A DNA stretch of 39,624 nt, from NCBI GenBank assembly GCA_000320545.1, contig ADNK01000338.1, forward strand, positions 1-39,624, in the 5' to 3' direction. The notes beneath the pieces were generated by a model. The model saw nothing but the letters and a program-made list of their open reading frames with translations, was not told the origin of the DNA and searched no databases. A program made the translations under genes and the position numbers. This document shows, piece by piece, positions 23,408-37,099 of the stretch (its first letter is position 1; each line of letters starts with the position of its first letter). The stretch is from Bigelowiella natans CCMP2755 (taxonomy: Eukaryota; Protista; Cercozoa).

Positions 23408-24344
23408 TATAAACCTCCACACGCACACGCACTCACGGAATTATATATGTGCTCGTAGGAAACAACGATGCTGTCAAATTTGCTACCTTCAGCAGAGGTA
23501 TGAGAGTGTTCTTACCAGTTCTTAACAAGCGCGAGCAGTTAGTATCATCACCATAATTACCACAATCATCATCATCATCATCATTGCCACCAACAACGAC
23601 ATGTTTCCACCGCAACACAAACCGATTTCTATCAGGATTTGGAAGCTCTCAAAGTTTCTCTGGAAGATCTTTTCTCTTCTTCTCACCGCCTCACTGATGA
23701 AGCATTGTCGCACCTAATGTCCGCTCTTGGTAATAGTGCGTTCGAAACCCTACGATAAGTGCAGTTTTCAACGGATATTTCATCAAAACCATCTCTCTGT
23801 CTCCCCCTTCCTTCCATGTTTAATAGGATTAAATCGTCCATTTGTTGTGATTGTTGTTATTTTATCAGGATCTCTTTGCCTCACCGCCCTCGCCAATGCA
23901 GCGACAGCAGAAGCAGAGTACTTTTGTGACTTTCTTGCGTCTGTCCTCTCACTTTACCCGCTGTTTCGCGGCGTGTAAATCGTCGGCAACTCGTATCATT
24001 ACTATTATTATTATTAATAATATTATTACCTTCAATTACTATTATTATTGCTATCCTTCTACTCGAAAATTCGCCTTCAAGGCGTGTACATTTTCGCCTC
24101 TTATTATCAATATGTGGTCGATTGTGCTGCGAGAGTTTGAGGCCTGAAAGTTGTTTTTTTCCTTCTTTTTATCCTTTTTTCTATGTTGCTATTTGGTCGC
24201 TCTCTAGACTCGAAGATATGAAGAGCCTAACACCGACGATAATAGCACCGCACACGGTTCAATCCCCAAAAAAATACGGATATGAATATATTTAAAACAA
24301 AAGCATTTTTATGTATCTACACCTGAGTACATGCGTGTATGTGC

Positions 24345-24381
<37 letters not shown>

Positions 24382-24423
24382 TCTTGTTGTGCGTTTGGTG
24401 CATGATGCGTGGAGTATGCATTT

Positions 24424-24481
<58 letters not shown>

Positions 24482-24485
24482 ACAC

Positions 24486-24530
<45 letters not shown>

Positions 24531-27500
24531 AATTAATATACATTTATCAGGGAGCACCTAATGAAGATCACACCAGCCACCTCACGCCGCGCGTATTCGC
24601 TCTGAATAAGCTTCTCATCACCATCGAAAGCAACATGCACAGGGTAAGCTGCGAGAAATGAAGATGTTAATGAATGCGGGAGGAGTGTGGCAATAACCGT
24701 CGTGTATAAACTGTTCATCCATTCTCGAGCAGGTCGTGAATCCAATCTGCGACTCGAATTACGAAGATCGTGACGAGAAAGGCGGGGAGGGAGAGGCCGC
24801 CGTTGAAGGAGGAGTGGATCATTTGAATTTATGGGAGGTATGGAATTAGTAGCGCGAATAGCCTGGAGGTTATTCATCTTCGTATATTTTTGCAAATAGT
24901 ACAAGACCACCGTCCTCCTCATTTCCTCCTCCTCATTTCCTCCTCCTTCTCCTCCTCCTCCTCCTCCTCCTCCTCCTCCATCATTATCATCATTGTCGTC
25001 GTCATCGCCAGCATTATCGTTCCGTAGTCCCTCTCAACGACTACACACACAAAGGACACACACACACACACACACACACACAACGCATCATCATCATATC
25101 CCAGGTGGCAATGGGATACCTAAACATCATGATGAATCACAAAGATCGAGCGATTAGAAGGTAGTAGTAGCGCAGAAACACGATGTTCGCCGAATTACAA
25201 AAAACAGCCTATAAAGACGCATTCATCCACTCGATGAAAGCATTAGCCACTCCTCTCTCTCTCCCTTCCCCTCTCTCTCTCCCGTGCATCAATATTTAGC
25301 AGCATGTACATTACCATCATCGAGCATGAGCTTGATCATTGCACCTCAGATACGGAACATCCTGCCTACGCCGTTTCTTGCTGCAAGCCTTCAACAAAGC
25401 GAATGATGAGGAGAGCGACGGCAGCTCCAAAACGGACGCGGGAGGCGTCGAGGGTGGGGAGAACAAGGACAGCAGCACCACCAAAAAAACTGAAGGAGAA
25501 ACACCCGAGAAAAAACAGAACGAAGAAGAGAAAACTGGCGCGACAATGAACAACAAAAAGGTGAGGATGATCTATTGTCACAATTAGACAACTAACACAC
25601 ACACACACCTCACACGCTTCCACGCTTACACATGAACATACATCGTTCCGAAAGCGTATACGATGCAGCCTCGAGCTCATAAGCGCAACAACATCAATAT
25701 AAACTTGAGATGGAGAATATTTGCAAAATATAATGCAATTCTGGAAAAATGACAGCCGAAATGTGTCATTTTGGCCTTTTGCGACTACTGCGCTGGTTGA
25801 GGCACTAATGCTCGATAGATATCTATCTGCTTTGATTTCAGCGACTGCCTTCTCTCCCCTTCACGGAGAGTCCATCATTTGTATTTGGCTGTTAATGTCT
25901 TTTGTATTCTGACTAATGGAATCAGGGAAAACGGCCAAGTATTACAGTAGAAGACGACGAAAGGGAGGGGAACCACCTCGGAGACGCGAGCGCTATATCC
26001 GCAGCAGAGTCGTCGACATCGTCGTCGTCGCGTATCGTTCGCATGGCCGAAATCGAGAGGGGAAAGCTTGAGCACCATCTCCTGTCGCCAATGGTTGATT
26101 TCTACAAATCAAAGTACGTGGGTCTAGGAGGGAAAGTGAGAGGGGGGGGGGGGAGAGAGAGAGAGAGAGAGAGAGAGTTGTCTTAATATGTACGAGTGTG
26201 CAGGAGCATTCGTAAGACACACACTTCCACGCATACAAACACATCGTCTGCTCTCGCATTTAACCTTGCCCTGGGTACACATAGATACTTAGACACGCGA
26301 ACGTGCACGCTGGAGGTTCTTTTCACACTGCTGCAGAGCTATGGCCACAGTTTCCACGGAGAGGGATGGGTTATGGTGAGTGCTGCCAGAGAGCAAGTAT
26401 AGAAAACAATTGCGAGAGAAACAAATTAAAGCTTCGATTTCTTTGGAAGATGGCAGACACGCACGTGTGCGCGCAACAGCCCTGAGCAAAGCGAGTACTT
26501 CACTTGCCCACTCCTCGCCTCACAAAATGAGGGACATCTACCCGCCCTGGTAAGTCGAGAACACAACTGCTTGGTGTATTTATCCAGGTGCTAACGATTC
26601 TATCGACTGTCGCGTCTCCTCTCGGTCCTGCTGCCCTCCGCTCAGTGCCTCAGTACATCTCCCCCCCGCGCACACCAGGATCTTCTGCAGAACAACAGCC
26701 ATCTCCAGGGAGGAAACGGCAGATGAGCATAGCGCAGACGGCGACGAAGGAAGAGGTCAAAATGGGGCTCGAGAGCTTGCAGCTGATCACAGATGATTTC
26801 CTGGAAACCATTCCAGTGGCACATGTCCCCATCCTCATAAAGGCGATAGGTACTTAAACAGCAGCAGCAGCAGCAGCTTGGGAGGCGTTGTTCATTGCCA
26901 CTGTGCTAGCAGTAGAAGCGTGCTTGTCCGCGTCCATCGTGCATGGGGGATTTACATAGATAAGGTACATGTAGACACTAATATGTATATATTATACTTG
27001 TCGTTTTTCCAGGCCTCTATTGCCGCCAAAGCAAGGATATAAACGTGAGCTTCAAGTCAACAACGCTCCTCTGGAGTATCTCTGATCATCTGCAAAAAAT
27101 GGCCGTCCACCCACCCCCCCCCTCGTCCTCCTCCTCCCCTTCCGAACCTAAAAATGAAAGTTCAGCTTCAGGAGGCGATGGGGAAGTGCCTTCTCATGCC
27201 ACTGATACTAGCAAAATCAGCAGTAGAAGTAGAAGCAACAGCAATGCCATCAAAAACAGGCGACGCGCCATAAGTGCGAGTGGTGCTGTAGGAAGGGGGC
27301 TGACAATTGATGAGGTAGATTTCCCTTCTGATTTTCAATCTTCCTCGCACATTTTTTTGTGACTTTTTACTTAGGGGGGGGGGGTTAGGTTGGGTATTGA
27401 TTTGCTCCTTCGCTGTCTTTCTTTTTCTGATGATGACACTTCCTCTGCCTGAGTAATTGCACACGACACTACTGCTCTCAAGGTTGATAAGCTCAGCATG

Positions 27501-28172
27501 AAAGTGTTTGAAGAGTTGAAGCTGCTGTCGGTAGATCCACGCTCGCAGGTGTGTTATGTCAGCCACCTCGAGAAGAAGTCAGGAAATTAGAGAAAAGCAA
27601 AGGCGATGTTGTTCGCCTTTGATCGCTCGAATTTCGGAACCTGTCCCGCTTTTTTGGGGCAAAATTCCCACGATATTGTAGTCGTCGGCTTGGTTTTGCT
27701 GAAGCGTCATGCATGGACAATGATCTGTGGCGAATTTTGAACGGCTGCGTATTCGAAAGTTTACTACTGATATATCCTAGCCTCCCCGTGAGACGATTGA
27801 TTTGCATTGAGTTGTGGGGTGGATAATGAAGTGGAGAGACTTTTTGGAACGCCTCTTTGCACTTTTTCCTCGTTGACCCCATCACTCTCGGCGCACACGC
27901 ATAGGTGCGCACAAGTGCAATAAAGACTTTCCAGTCGACACTCAGCGCTCACGGTATATGCAAGCGTTTGCGTGTGATAATGAGAGAAAAAGGGTAGATG
28001 TTTCCAAGAGTGTTTTCGAGAACGTGCGCTAGTTTTTACCACCTTGTCGGTCGCTAATATGTGTTGTTTCACACTCGCAAAGGAGGGAGAATTAAGAGCG
28101 AGACATGGATTTTGTGCCTGAATACCATCATTTTTCCTTTGATGGAAGGTTTGTGTGTGACAAAGTATAAAA

Positions 28173-28210
<38 letters not shown>

Positions 28211-28477
28211 GATAAATATTTGTCAGGAGTCTTGTTCGAATTTTCTTGTTGAATTTTGTTGGAATAGGGTTATATGTTAGTTTCTTCTACTTCCCGATTT
28301 TGATGATCTTTTTTGCCGCATGCCTCTTAACGTACTCTTAGAGCTCCTTGACCACAGCAAGGATAGCGAGCGGACTGACAACAAAGACAAGGAGCTCGGT
28401 TGTAGCAATGCGTCGATAGATACATCGAGAGATTATTATTATGGCGTGTTATAGAAGCAGTAGCCATTGTCCAATAC

Positions 28478-28518
<41 letters not shown>

Positions 28519-29791
28519 AAAGAGGGGACATCGAGCATGTGGGAATATATTTTATAGATAGATCCTCTCTCCTTCCCTTCCTCCTACCCCCCCCCCCCTT
28601 CCCCATCTAAAACGCCACCGCGAGCAATTCTCGCTCTCAGACATGAGAAGATGAAAATCGGCGTTTATCACATTGCGGTGAGCCAACAACGTCCTCGCTG
28701 CTAAAATATTAGGCAAGGACAGAGGCACTGGCGAGGCTGTATTAATGATGGTGCACTACTCGAGAGATACGGCGCAGAAGCAATGGGACGAAACACGTAC
28801 AGACAGACAGCCTTTATTCGTGTACCAACATGCCGCATTTAATTCGATTCATGTATTTCTGTCGTGGCTATATTCAGGCGTCTTCGCGCTGCGCGCTATT
28901 GCCGCGATGATCGGCGAGTTCATTCCGATAATGAACGAATCTCGAGAATTTCCCAAGGTACGTTTATGTATGCGGTTTTTGAGTAGAGAGGAGAAGTGAG
29001 CTTTTCCATTTCCCAACAAAAATGAATCTTCTTCAAAACATCCACGTTTGTGCGAAAGCTTGCCGACTCTAACCGTTGCGTCGATATGTCGTCGATGTGC
29101 CTTTCTCCTTTCTGCATCCTGGCCGCTCCCGAAGGCCTGGGCCAAGTTTCTAAAGCACATTGAATTCTGCGTGCTGAATAGCAATTCAGAGGTATATGTG
29201 ATGATGATGATAATGATGATAATGATGATGATGATAATGAAGATGAAGATGATGATGATGGTTGTAATGATAGTCGTAAATAATCTGCAGCATTACGTGA
29301 TCTGTTCTATTCCCTTTATATACCTCGAAGATAGCTTTTCCATCGTGCTTCCTTTCCTTCCCTCCAGGTCGCTACGAATGCAATACTGAGCCTCAAAACG
29401 GCGATGACGTACGCTGGCACTGTCACCGTCATCAAGAAGTCTCGAGTCGTTTGGGTAATAATTATACAAATGATAAGACCGTTGATTCTAAGCTGCGTCA
29501 CAGCTGTTTCTCATCAACGTCGTTTCTTCATTCATCAGGGGATGGTACTCCAGCTGTACGTGAATCTCACTAAAGATGCTATCTCTCGAGCCCCTAGATT
29601 ATTCGTCAGTACAGGCAGCAAGGTTATTTCTTCTGTTGTTGGGAAGAAATTTTGATTTGGATGAGCCGCAGCTTCATGCCACTTGACATGCTTACAGTGG
29701 TCGCTAAGTGCGGGGGAAACCGTGCATTCTCTGAGAAAATCAGAGATGGGATTTGCCTCCAAACACAATGCTTTCAGCTGAAGTGTGATTG

Positions 29792-29824
<33 letters not shown>

Positions 29825-31084
29825 GCTTATTGCAGATTCAGGAGGAGGAAGTCGAGCGTTGGATTGCAGTTGTGACTCAGCTGGTGAGGGACACGCATCC
29901 ATCCACACTCCGATTACTACTTTACGTTTTCTAAAGCAAGAGCGGCGCTGTGAAGGCGAGATTATGCAAATGACAATTATTATTAGTACTGTTGTTGTTA
30001 TAACCATCAAATACTATAAATAGGTTCAATCGTTGGGCCCGATCGTTGCAGCTGTGAGGCCGCATCTTACCCATGCGGACATTTCAACAATAGCTTGGTA
30101 GTAGTCGCAGCAGCCAGCAGCATCATATGCGCGCGAAGTAGACGATGTTGGTCATTGTTCCTGCAGATTAGTGTTTTCCTCATGTCGCACGCGTCGATAC
30201 ACCGCTGTTGTAAATAAGCGATCTTTTGAGAGCATGGATGCAATACTTTGCCCTAGGATGCTACTTGCTAACACTAATATTAATTCCTATTATTCTTCTC
30301 TCTCCCCCCCTTTCCTTCTCTATCCGCTCGATCAGGATTTGCCATATGATATTGTCCATCAACACTCAGCCGGTTGCATTGCGGAAAGGTCAACGTTAAA
30401 AAGAAAATCGATGTCTGTTTTCCAAGGCGCTGATGCTGTACATGAAATCGATGCGAAAACTCTCTAAAATCTTTTCCTGATTCGTTTTTGGTCTAGATGA
30501 AGCGTCTTCCTCTTCGGTCAAGAGTTCACCGCTGATGATGCGACTCCAACGTCAGAAATGCAGCAACACAAATCTACGGTAGTGGTAGTAGTGGTAGTAG
30601 TAGTAGTAGTAGTATTAGGTAATAGCAAACAACGTTATGAATGAGAAAGCAACCAGGCGAATTGAGTTCTACGGGGGGGAACGGATAACGCCTCCTCATT
30701 TTGATGATGCCTGGAAGCTTCTTAAAAGTGATTGCCCTTTAATTGTCCATCAGCGTGAGTGTGGTTGGCGTGATGGAAGTGCTCGCTCCGCTCCCCCCCT
30801 CGTTGTGGAACAACATCATAACGCAGCTGCTCGATTACGTGCTAGATCGGCCTTCACAGGTGGGTGAGCAGGAAATGCCTAAAACAAAACAAAATCAATT
30901 AATTTCCGATGTATCCGATGCAGATATGCAATCGGAAGAGGGCCAGATCTGACTCCCTCTCAGGAATCAACGGCGACGGCGCCTCAGGAGACAGACGGAC
31001 TACTAGAAACGAGAGAGCTGGTGAAGACGACATCTCTGATGCCTCATATGCGGTAGGTATCACATGCACTCAGGAGATCTTGAA

Positions 31085-31127
<43 letters not shown>

Positions 31128-31640
31128 TTAAAGCGGGTCGTTCGGTATCTGCGCTGCGATTTTCCCACCCCCCATTCAATTCTGCCTTTTTTTACGCCTT
31201 TTCTACGTAACGGGGTGGGAGTGTCAATGCGATTTTGATTTTCAAAAAGAAAAATAAATTAGTAAATAGAAAGAACATTCTCAAATCGACCAAAAAGCCC
31301 AAAGACGTCGAGCGCGATTGCATTGTGTGAAGGAGTTATTTCACCACTTGTATCGATTTTTGAATTCCAGGATTCAGCAACGCGTATGCGAGCGGCTGAC
31401 GATGAGAAAGAACTGCTACGAGTTTACACGAAAATTGACCAGAGCGTCCATGGTGAGGCCTTTACATTCCCCGCAAGTGTGCTCGATGTTTCCCCCGTAC
31501 ATGACGCATCGTTTTGCTTGGATGGTGGCGAGAGGATGAGAGTCGCCTCATCGCTTGCCGTATTATTGACCGATGATGCGAAATTGCAGAGCTCTGGAAC
31601 GTCTTTGATGCTGTGAAGGATGAGGAGGACAAAAGTACAC

Positions 31641-31681
<41 letters not shown>

Positions 31682-32594
31682 GACAGACAGACCGAATAAC
31701 CCTAAATTCCAACAGTCCAACAAAGGTTATAATGCCATTGTGAGCTCTGTTACTTAACGTCCTTGGTATTCTTGAAATAGACAAAGTCGCAGAACGTGTT
31801 CTCCCCCCCCCCCCTGCCCAGGAGAAGACCTTTCACCTACAGGTCAGCGAAGGGTGTAACAGTGAGACGATAATGATGCTACTGATCAAGATGATGATAA
31901 GCGAAGTAGAAAATACGTGGGTATTAATCACACACGACATACGTTTTTGCATGATAGGTGCTAAAGACGCTAACGACGCTATACTGTGAGAAAGCACCGG
32001 TATGAAGCAATTAAAAGATAAACAACTAACATGGGCATGCAACTGCAATACCATATGTTCTTCAGCTTGGATTAAAACGAGGGAGGAGGGGGGGGGTGGG
32101 GATTGGTTTTGTGTTGCGAAATCGCTGATAGTTGTCGGAGAGGGGGATATAAACTTTAAGCCTCTGAGCTATGATCATGTTCAGAGCCAACCGTTGTTGT
32201 CCATTGTGTGTGTGTTGGCGTTGCGCTGTTCTCAAATGCAATTATAGCAATAACAGTGACATGTGATTCTGCTGTGTTGTGTATATATATGTGAAGGGAT
32301 TTGTCAAAAGCAGCAATATGATGAAGGTGTCGGATGCACTCTCCTCCCTGGTAAGTGCCTCGAAAAGTCACTATTGTCAAAATTGCATTTATAATGCAGT
32401 TGGAGGAGGGGGGGGGAGGTCTAGTAGCGTGTACATGTTGGGAATGTATGGAAGAGATGCAGATTATAGTATACATTGATGGCACTTGACTATTTTCCAT
32501 TCTAATACTACTACTATCTGATTTTTATATTCAGATTCTCAACTCTTCGTCGCCAGCGTGGAGATTAGCATTAACACTCCCGCACAGGTATATA

Positions 32595-32668
<74 letters not shown>

Positions 32669-33387
32669 GCGTATGTGTGCTTCATCATATCCGTGAATGT
32701 ACGCATCTGTTTGTTAGAGCTCGGAATTTCGAATTAGTCACAGAAGCTGTCGTGGCGTTGATCAAAGTAATAATACTCGAATCTTCACCTTCGCTATCGT
32801 TCGTATTGGCCTCGGCTTGCCTGTGTTTCCCCGTCAAACACACAACGCACGCATGTATAAGGAAATCTAATGAAGCGCATATGTGCGAGTATTGCTTCGA
32901 TAAGTGTGTGTCGTTGATGAGAGTTACTAAGTAAAGCACGTGTTTCTCCATGAAGGTGTTCGCATCGGCCCTGCCATGTATGCAATACGACTCCCAACAG
33001 CACGTAGACGCGATATGGAAGAAGGTCGTTTCGCGTCTTTTCTTCGTCTCTCGGCCCGTTGTAAACAGAGAGAGATGCCGCGTGTGCCAGCACGCGTGTG
33101 AGCGACTGACACACACTTTTACATACGAATGGAATATTGGACAAATGGGAGAGAGGGAGAGAGGGAGAGAGGGAGAGATGTGGGCTAGCATACCCAATAT
33201 ACCGATATCTTGCCTACACACACAGGTTGTGGCCACAACACGTTCCTTACTGCTGACATCGAATATAGAGACGCTTCTCGAGAAGGTGATTAGATTTGCG
33301 ATCCCCTCCCCCCACCCCTTTTCTCACGATGCTGTGATTTAGATCGGAAAAGAAAAGAGACGTAATCCCGAGATTACTGTACATATT

Positions 33388-33432
<45 letters not shown>

Positions 33433-33817
33433 GCTGTATGCTATACATACTTCAAACACGGTCATCAAATCTAGAACAAGGAGAAGAAAGACGGCAACGT
33501 CAGCGAGAGCGATGACTCTCAATTGATCCCGTTGTGGATTAACGCACAATCGCACGTGGTGGAAGGACTTGTTAGCGGTAGTATGCCCTTTTCTGACCGG
33601 AGAGTTGGATGTTGTATTTTTCCATTTTTTTTAACAAATAAAGTAACGATTAAACGATAGCTGTGCCACTGCATTTTGGGTTGATTTTGACTCAAACCGT
33701 TGTCGCAGGCATCCTACCGCATTCGAAACCGGCCTCGTCGCATATACAGACGAATCTTTTAGCGCTTTTAGGTATCTGATTCCGATTTGGTGTTCCGGCA
33801 AGGGCCGTGCTTATCTA

Positions 33818-33868
<51 letters not shown>

Positions 33869-34796
33869 TCTCCCTCTCCTTCTATTTGTAAGGGCTGTGC
33901 AAGTATGGCTATGTTAAAATTAATCAACCTCATTCTTTGAAGTAGTTGTCTTGATTGAAGAGAAGTCGATTTATCAGAAGTTTTCAACGGCCTTACTTCT
34001 TGCGAAGTCCTTCCTTACGTGGTTGCTTGTGTTATTCTTCCCTATCCCCCCTTCTCCACTAATTAGGAGACGTGGCGTGTGATAGGCTGTCACAGGACAC
34101 GAAGATGAAGCACAATAAATCGTAATGCATATTTTCATGTTTGTTTTTCATGTTACACTTATCTACAAACCTGCGCAAGTGAATATGTGTATGGAAGAAG
34201 ATAGGTAAATTGTATTTTAGGATTTCCATGTGCAAATATGCCTCTCTTTGTTTAGCGTGACCGGCGTCCTCCTCAGCCCCATCCTCGCCATCTTCCTTCT
34301 TATATTGTTCTACCCAAACATCTATCTTTCAGAGGAAGTGTCGCGTTGATGCACGAGTGTTTGCTTGGCCTTTTCACCCTCTGCCACCAAGGTGCGGTTT
34401 TGAGCGTGCGAGAGGGAGGAATAGGGGGGGGGAATACAGAGAGTTATCGAAACATTAAAGATAGATAGTTGTAGTATCTTATGTTAACAACGCTCATTCG
34501 TGCACTCGCACTTATCACTCACAAATCTGATGGGAAAAGGAGGTTCAAAGGAGACGACGCACAGCTGCTACATGTATATGGCGCATCTTGCAGGTAGCAT
34601 CATCGTTGTAGATCCATCAGGAGGTTGCGCGCGCGTTCCATGCACACAGATATGCTAGATATGTGAATGCATGTCAAGCAGCCGAGAGCAGTGCGAGAGT
34701 GCGGAAATACTGGAAACAGATTTCAAACATTAACACGATTCTACCATCCCTTAGCCCCGCTCCTCTTGTCTCGTTGTGAGGAGTTATTGGTACTTA

Positions 34797-34849
<53 letters not shown>

Positions 34850-35891
34850 TATTTGTGTGTGTGTGTGCGTGTATGTGTGTGTAACAAATTTCTGTTTTAT
34901 TTCAAGAGATTTGTACAGCATAAATGAGCGTTGAATGCCTTGCGGATTAGATGTGCCTTCGTTTTATTGTTTCTCCGCTGCGGTCACAGGCACATTGCGC
35001 AAGCACAATCAATTCGTTTTGATTATTATATGGCATTTTGATGGTTTTCAACCAGACAACATACATACGATTGGAACGCGGGCCTCAGTCGTCAGGAGAG
35101 GCTGAAAGTAAAGGCGATGATAGCACAAAGGTGGTGGCAAATGCAATGCTTTCCATGTGTTTTTCGTGTGATTCGAAGAGACGTTTCGAAGGATAAGTTC
35201 TGTCCCGCGACTTCACGAATGCTGTTGTCGCAGGGTAGAACCATCCTGCTTTTTCTTCGCCGTCGTTTGAATTTCCGAACTGAGCATCTTCGTCTTTGTG
35301 CCTCTTTCTCGTTCTATATTCTGGATTAAGTCTTCGTCGCAGCAGCAGCAGCAACAACAGCAGCCATCCATTGAATTGAGGTAAGATTTCTTCTGGAGAG
35401 AGTATTATCTTTAAAGGGGGGGGGTTATGTGTGGGTCACTAACACACGTACGAACTCACACACCGCGCGCGCGCTGAATAGTTCCCCAAATCTAACGCAA
35501 TTTTTGCTTTCATCGTCGTCATCATCATCGTCATCCTGACAAGGGGTATGCACATACTATCATCGTTGTCACCGCAGGAAGGAGATCCGTTTTGTGCTGA
35601 AACAGCTCAAGAACCTATCCCTACATCCGCATGTATGTGAAAATAGAACACAGCACATGTTTACATAAGACAGCACTTTACAGTTTTGTTGGTGGTGATT
35701 CCCATAGTTTGAAGTGTCAATATTAGGCGCGGGTGGGGGGGAGGGTAGCAGGATAAGCAGAATCTTAGGATCATTCACAAATCAAACATTCCTAACTCTC
35801 TGCTCCCTATCGTGTCTTCATGTCTCTCTTCTCAGGTTTCGAAGCGCATCTACACTACAGACGGGAAAAGTCCCCCAATAGTGGCATCTTC

Positions 35892-35928
<37 letters not shown>

Positions 35929-36764
35929 CAACTACCATCCTCGTCATCAACAAAGCCTCCAGTTTCTATCCCTCCCTCTTCCTCTTCCTCATCCTCCTCC
36001 TCCTCCCCCCCTCCCGTCACCGGGGACGCTCCAACGGCAGCGATAGAAACATCAGCAGCGCCGGTGAAAGGTGTGATCAGAAGAACAAAGAACAATGAGC
36101 ATGTGTACCAATACGGGTCAAAGCCCCGTTATCTTGTAGTAATTCATGTTGTACTTCTGCGCTTGCTGCATGATGGAGGAAACAAAGTAAGATTTGCATT
36201 GCCTCCCCTTCCCCCTCTCGTCCCCATCCATAATCAGATGGTGAGGATAAAGAGACGAGCAAGGAGGATGACTCCAAGCAGGAGGAATTAGATCAAGAGG
36301 CAGTTCAGGAGCGAAACTCTGCGGCCGCTGCATCATCGACATTGTCTTCATCGGGTGCTAACCTAGGGTTTCCTCTCGAGCATCCTGGTAACAGCCAATA
36401 TTGCTGTTGTTTGGGGGGGGGGGGGGGGGGGGGATGTAGGGTGTGAGCTCCATCTACTAGCCAGTGACTTCGTCTTGTTTTTCTGATGGTAGAATTTAAG
36501 CAATATTTCGCCTATATATTTCGAAATTTGCAACAAAAATGGTACTTACCCTTTTATACACGTACGTTCGCAGGGGGGGGAGACGATGCGCTCCGATTAA
36601 TACCACAAACCCATAATCGAGGACATTTGTTGAAGCTTTATCCCGTGTTTTGCCGATGTATAGGCGTGCAAGATCAGGGTAGTTCTGAAATTATGTATTA
36701 TACTAATGCTTTCGTGGGCTCTGCCTTCGCATAGACACACACATGTCATATATCACATATCTCA

Positions 36765-36802
<38 letters not shown>

Positions 36803-36946
36803 TACGTGTAATTCAATTTTTGCAATTACATGTGCATGGATATTTACAATTTTTGAACCTCATTTGTAGGAATTCGAGAAGCTGTGATGGAGATCATGCT
36901 TCTCATTGGGCAAGAATTCGGCATCATTACTCCAAGTGTCAAGTAG
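13524..36946 (+). CDS. MON2: MON2 (Sec7-family-related endosome/Golgi scaffold), roughly 80 exons
   Basis: Exons trace colinear MON2 motifs: IESDLRSICLESRKK...AAEKVIVRL (13524-13846), LRPFLIACATK...LALNAMQRLL, VQLKILQTL, TAFATLRQ, LFKDLCYL, ISECEMLLSIF, SYDMQPPATKVF, VLAALSYLL, FVESLCKFALP, LKALLSIAHN, FALNKLL...NMHR, LQLITDDFL, LLWSISD, VDPRSQVRTSA, VHYSRDTAQKQWDET, LLLSRCEELL, KEIRFVLKQL, HLLKLYPVFCRCI. Last exon GIREAVMEIMLLIGQEF...TAG at 36944-36946. Several internal junctions are ambiguous. Confidence 0.93.
15326..15407. repeat. Compound (CA)n(GA)n microsatellite in a MON2 intron
   Basis: Directly visible; a similar compound repeat lies at about 20871-20931. Confidence 0.95.
15972..16041. 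repeat. (AT)n microsatellite in a MON2 intron
   Basis: Directly visible; similar (AT)n arrays at about 22-61, 18827-18860, 23375-23404, 28178-28206, 31088-31122, 34807-34844, 38867-38903. Confidence 0.95.
20152..20233. repeat. Compound (CT)n(CA)n microsatellite in a MON2 intron
   Basis: Directly visible; similar at about 31640-31681. Confidence 0.95.
24345..24528. repeat. Microsatellite cluster (GT)n, (CT)n, (CA)n, (AT)n in one MON2 intron
   Basis: Four dinucleotide arrays in under 200 nt. Confidence 0.95.
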
Positions 36947-37099
36947 TTTCTCTGGAGTAGAGAGTAACATCAAGTTGCTTTTTTTTAAAACCACTATAGT
37001 GCCACGATTACGCATTTCACACATGCATGCTGCGCAATGTGTAGCGCACAAACAGTGTGTTCGTTGTTGATGAAAGATCTTGTGCTTGACATTTGATTT

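Noticed and set aside
2509-31705. Telomere-like AACCCTAA/TTAGGG words (about 2510, 27371, 31697)
   Set aside because: Single copies only, no array.
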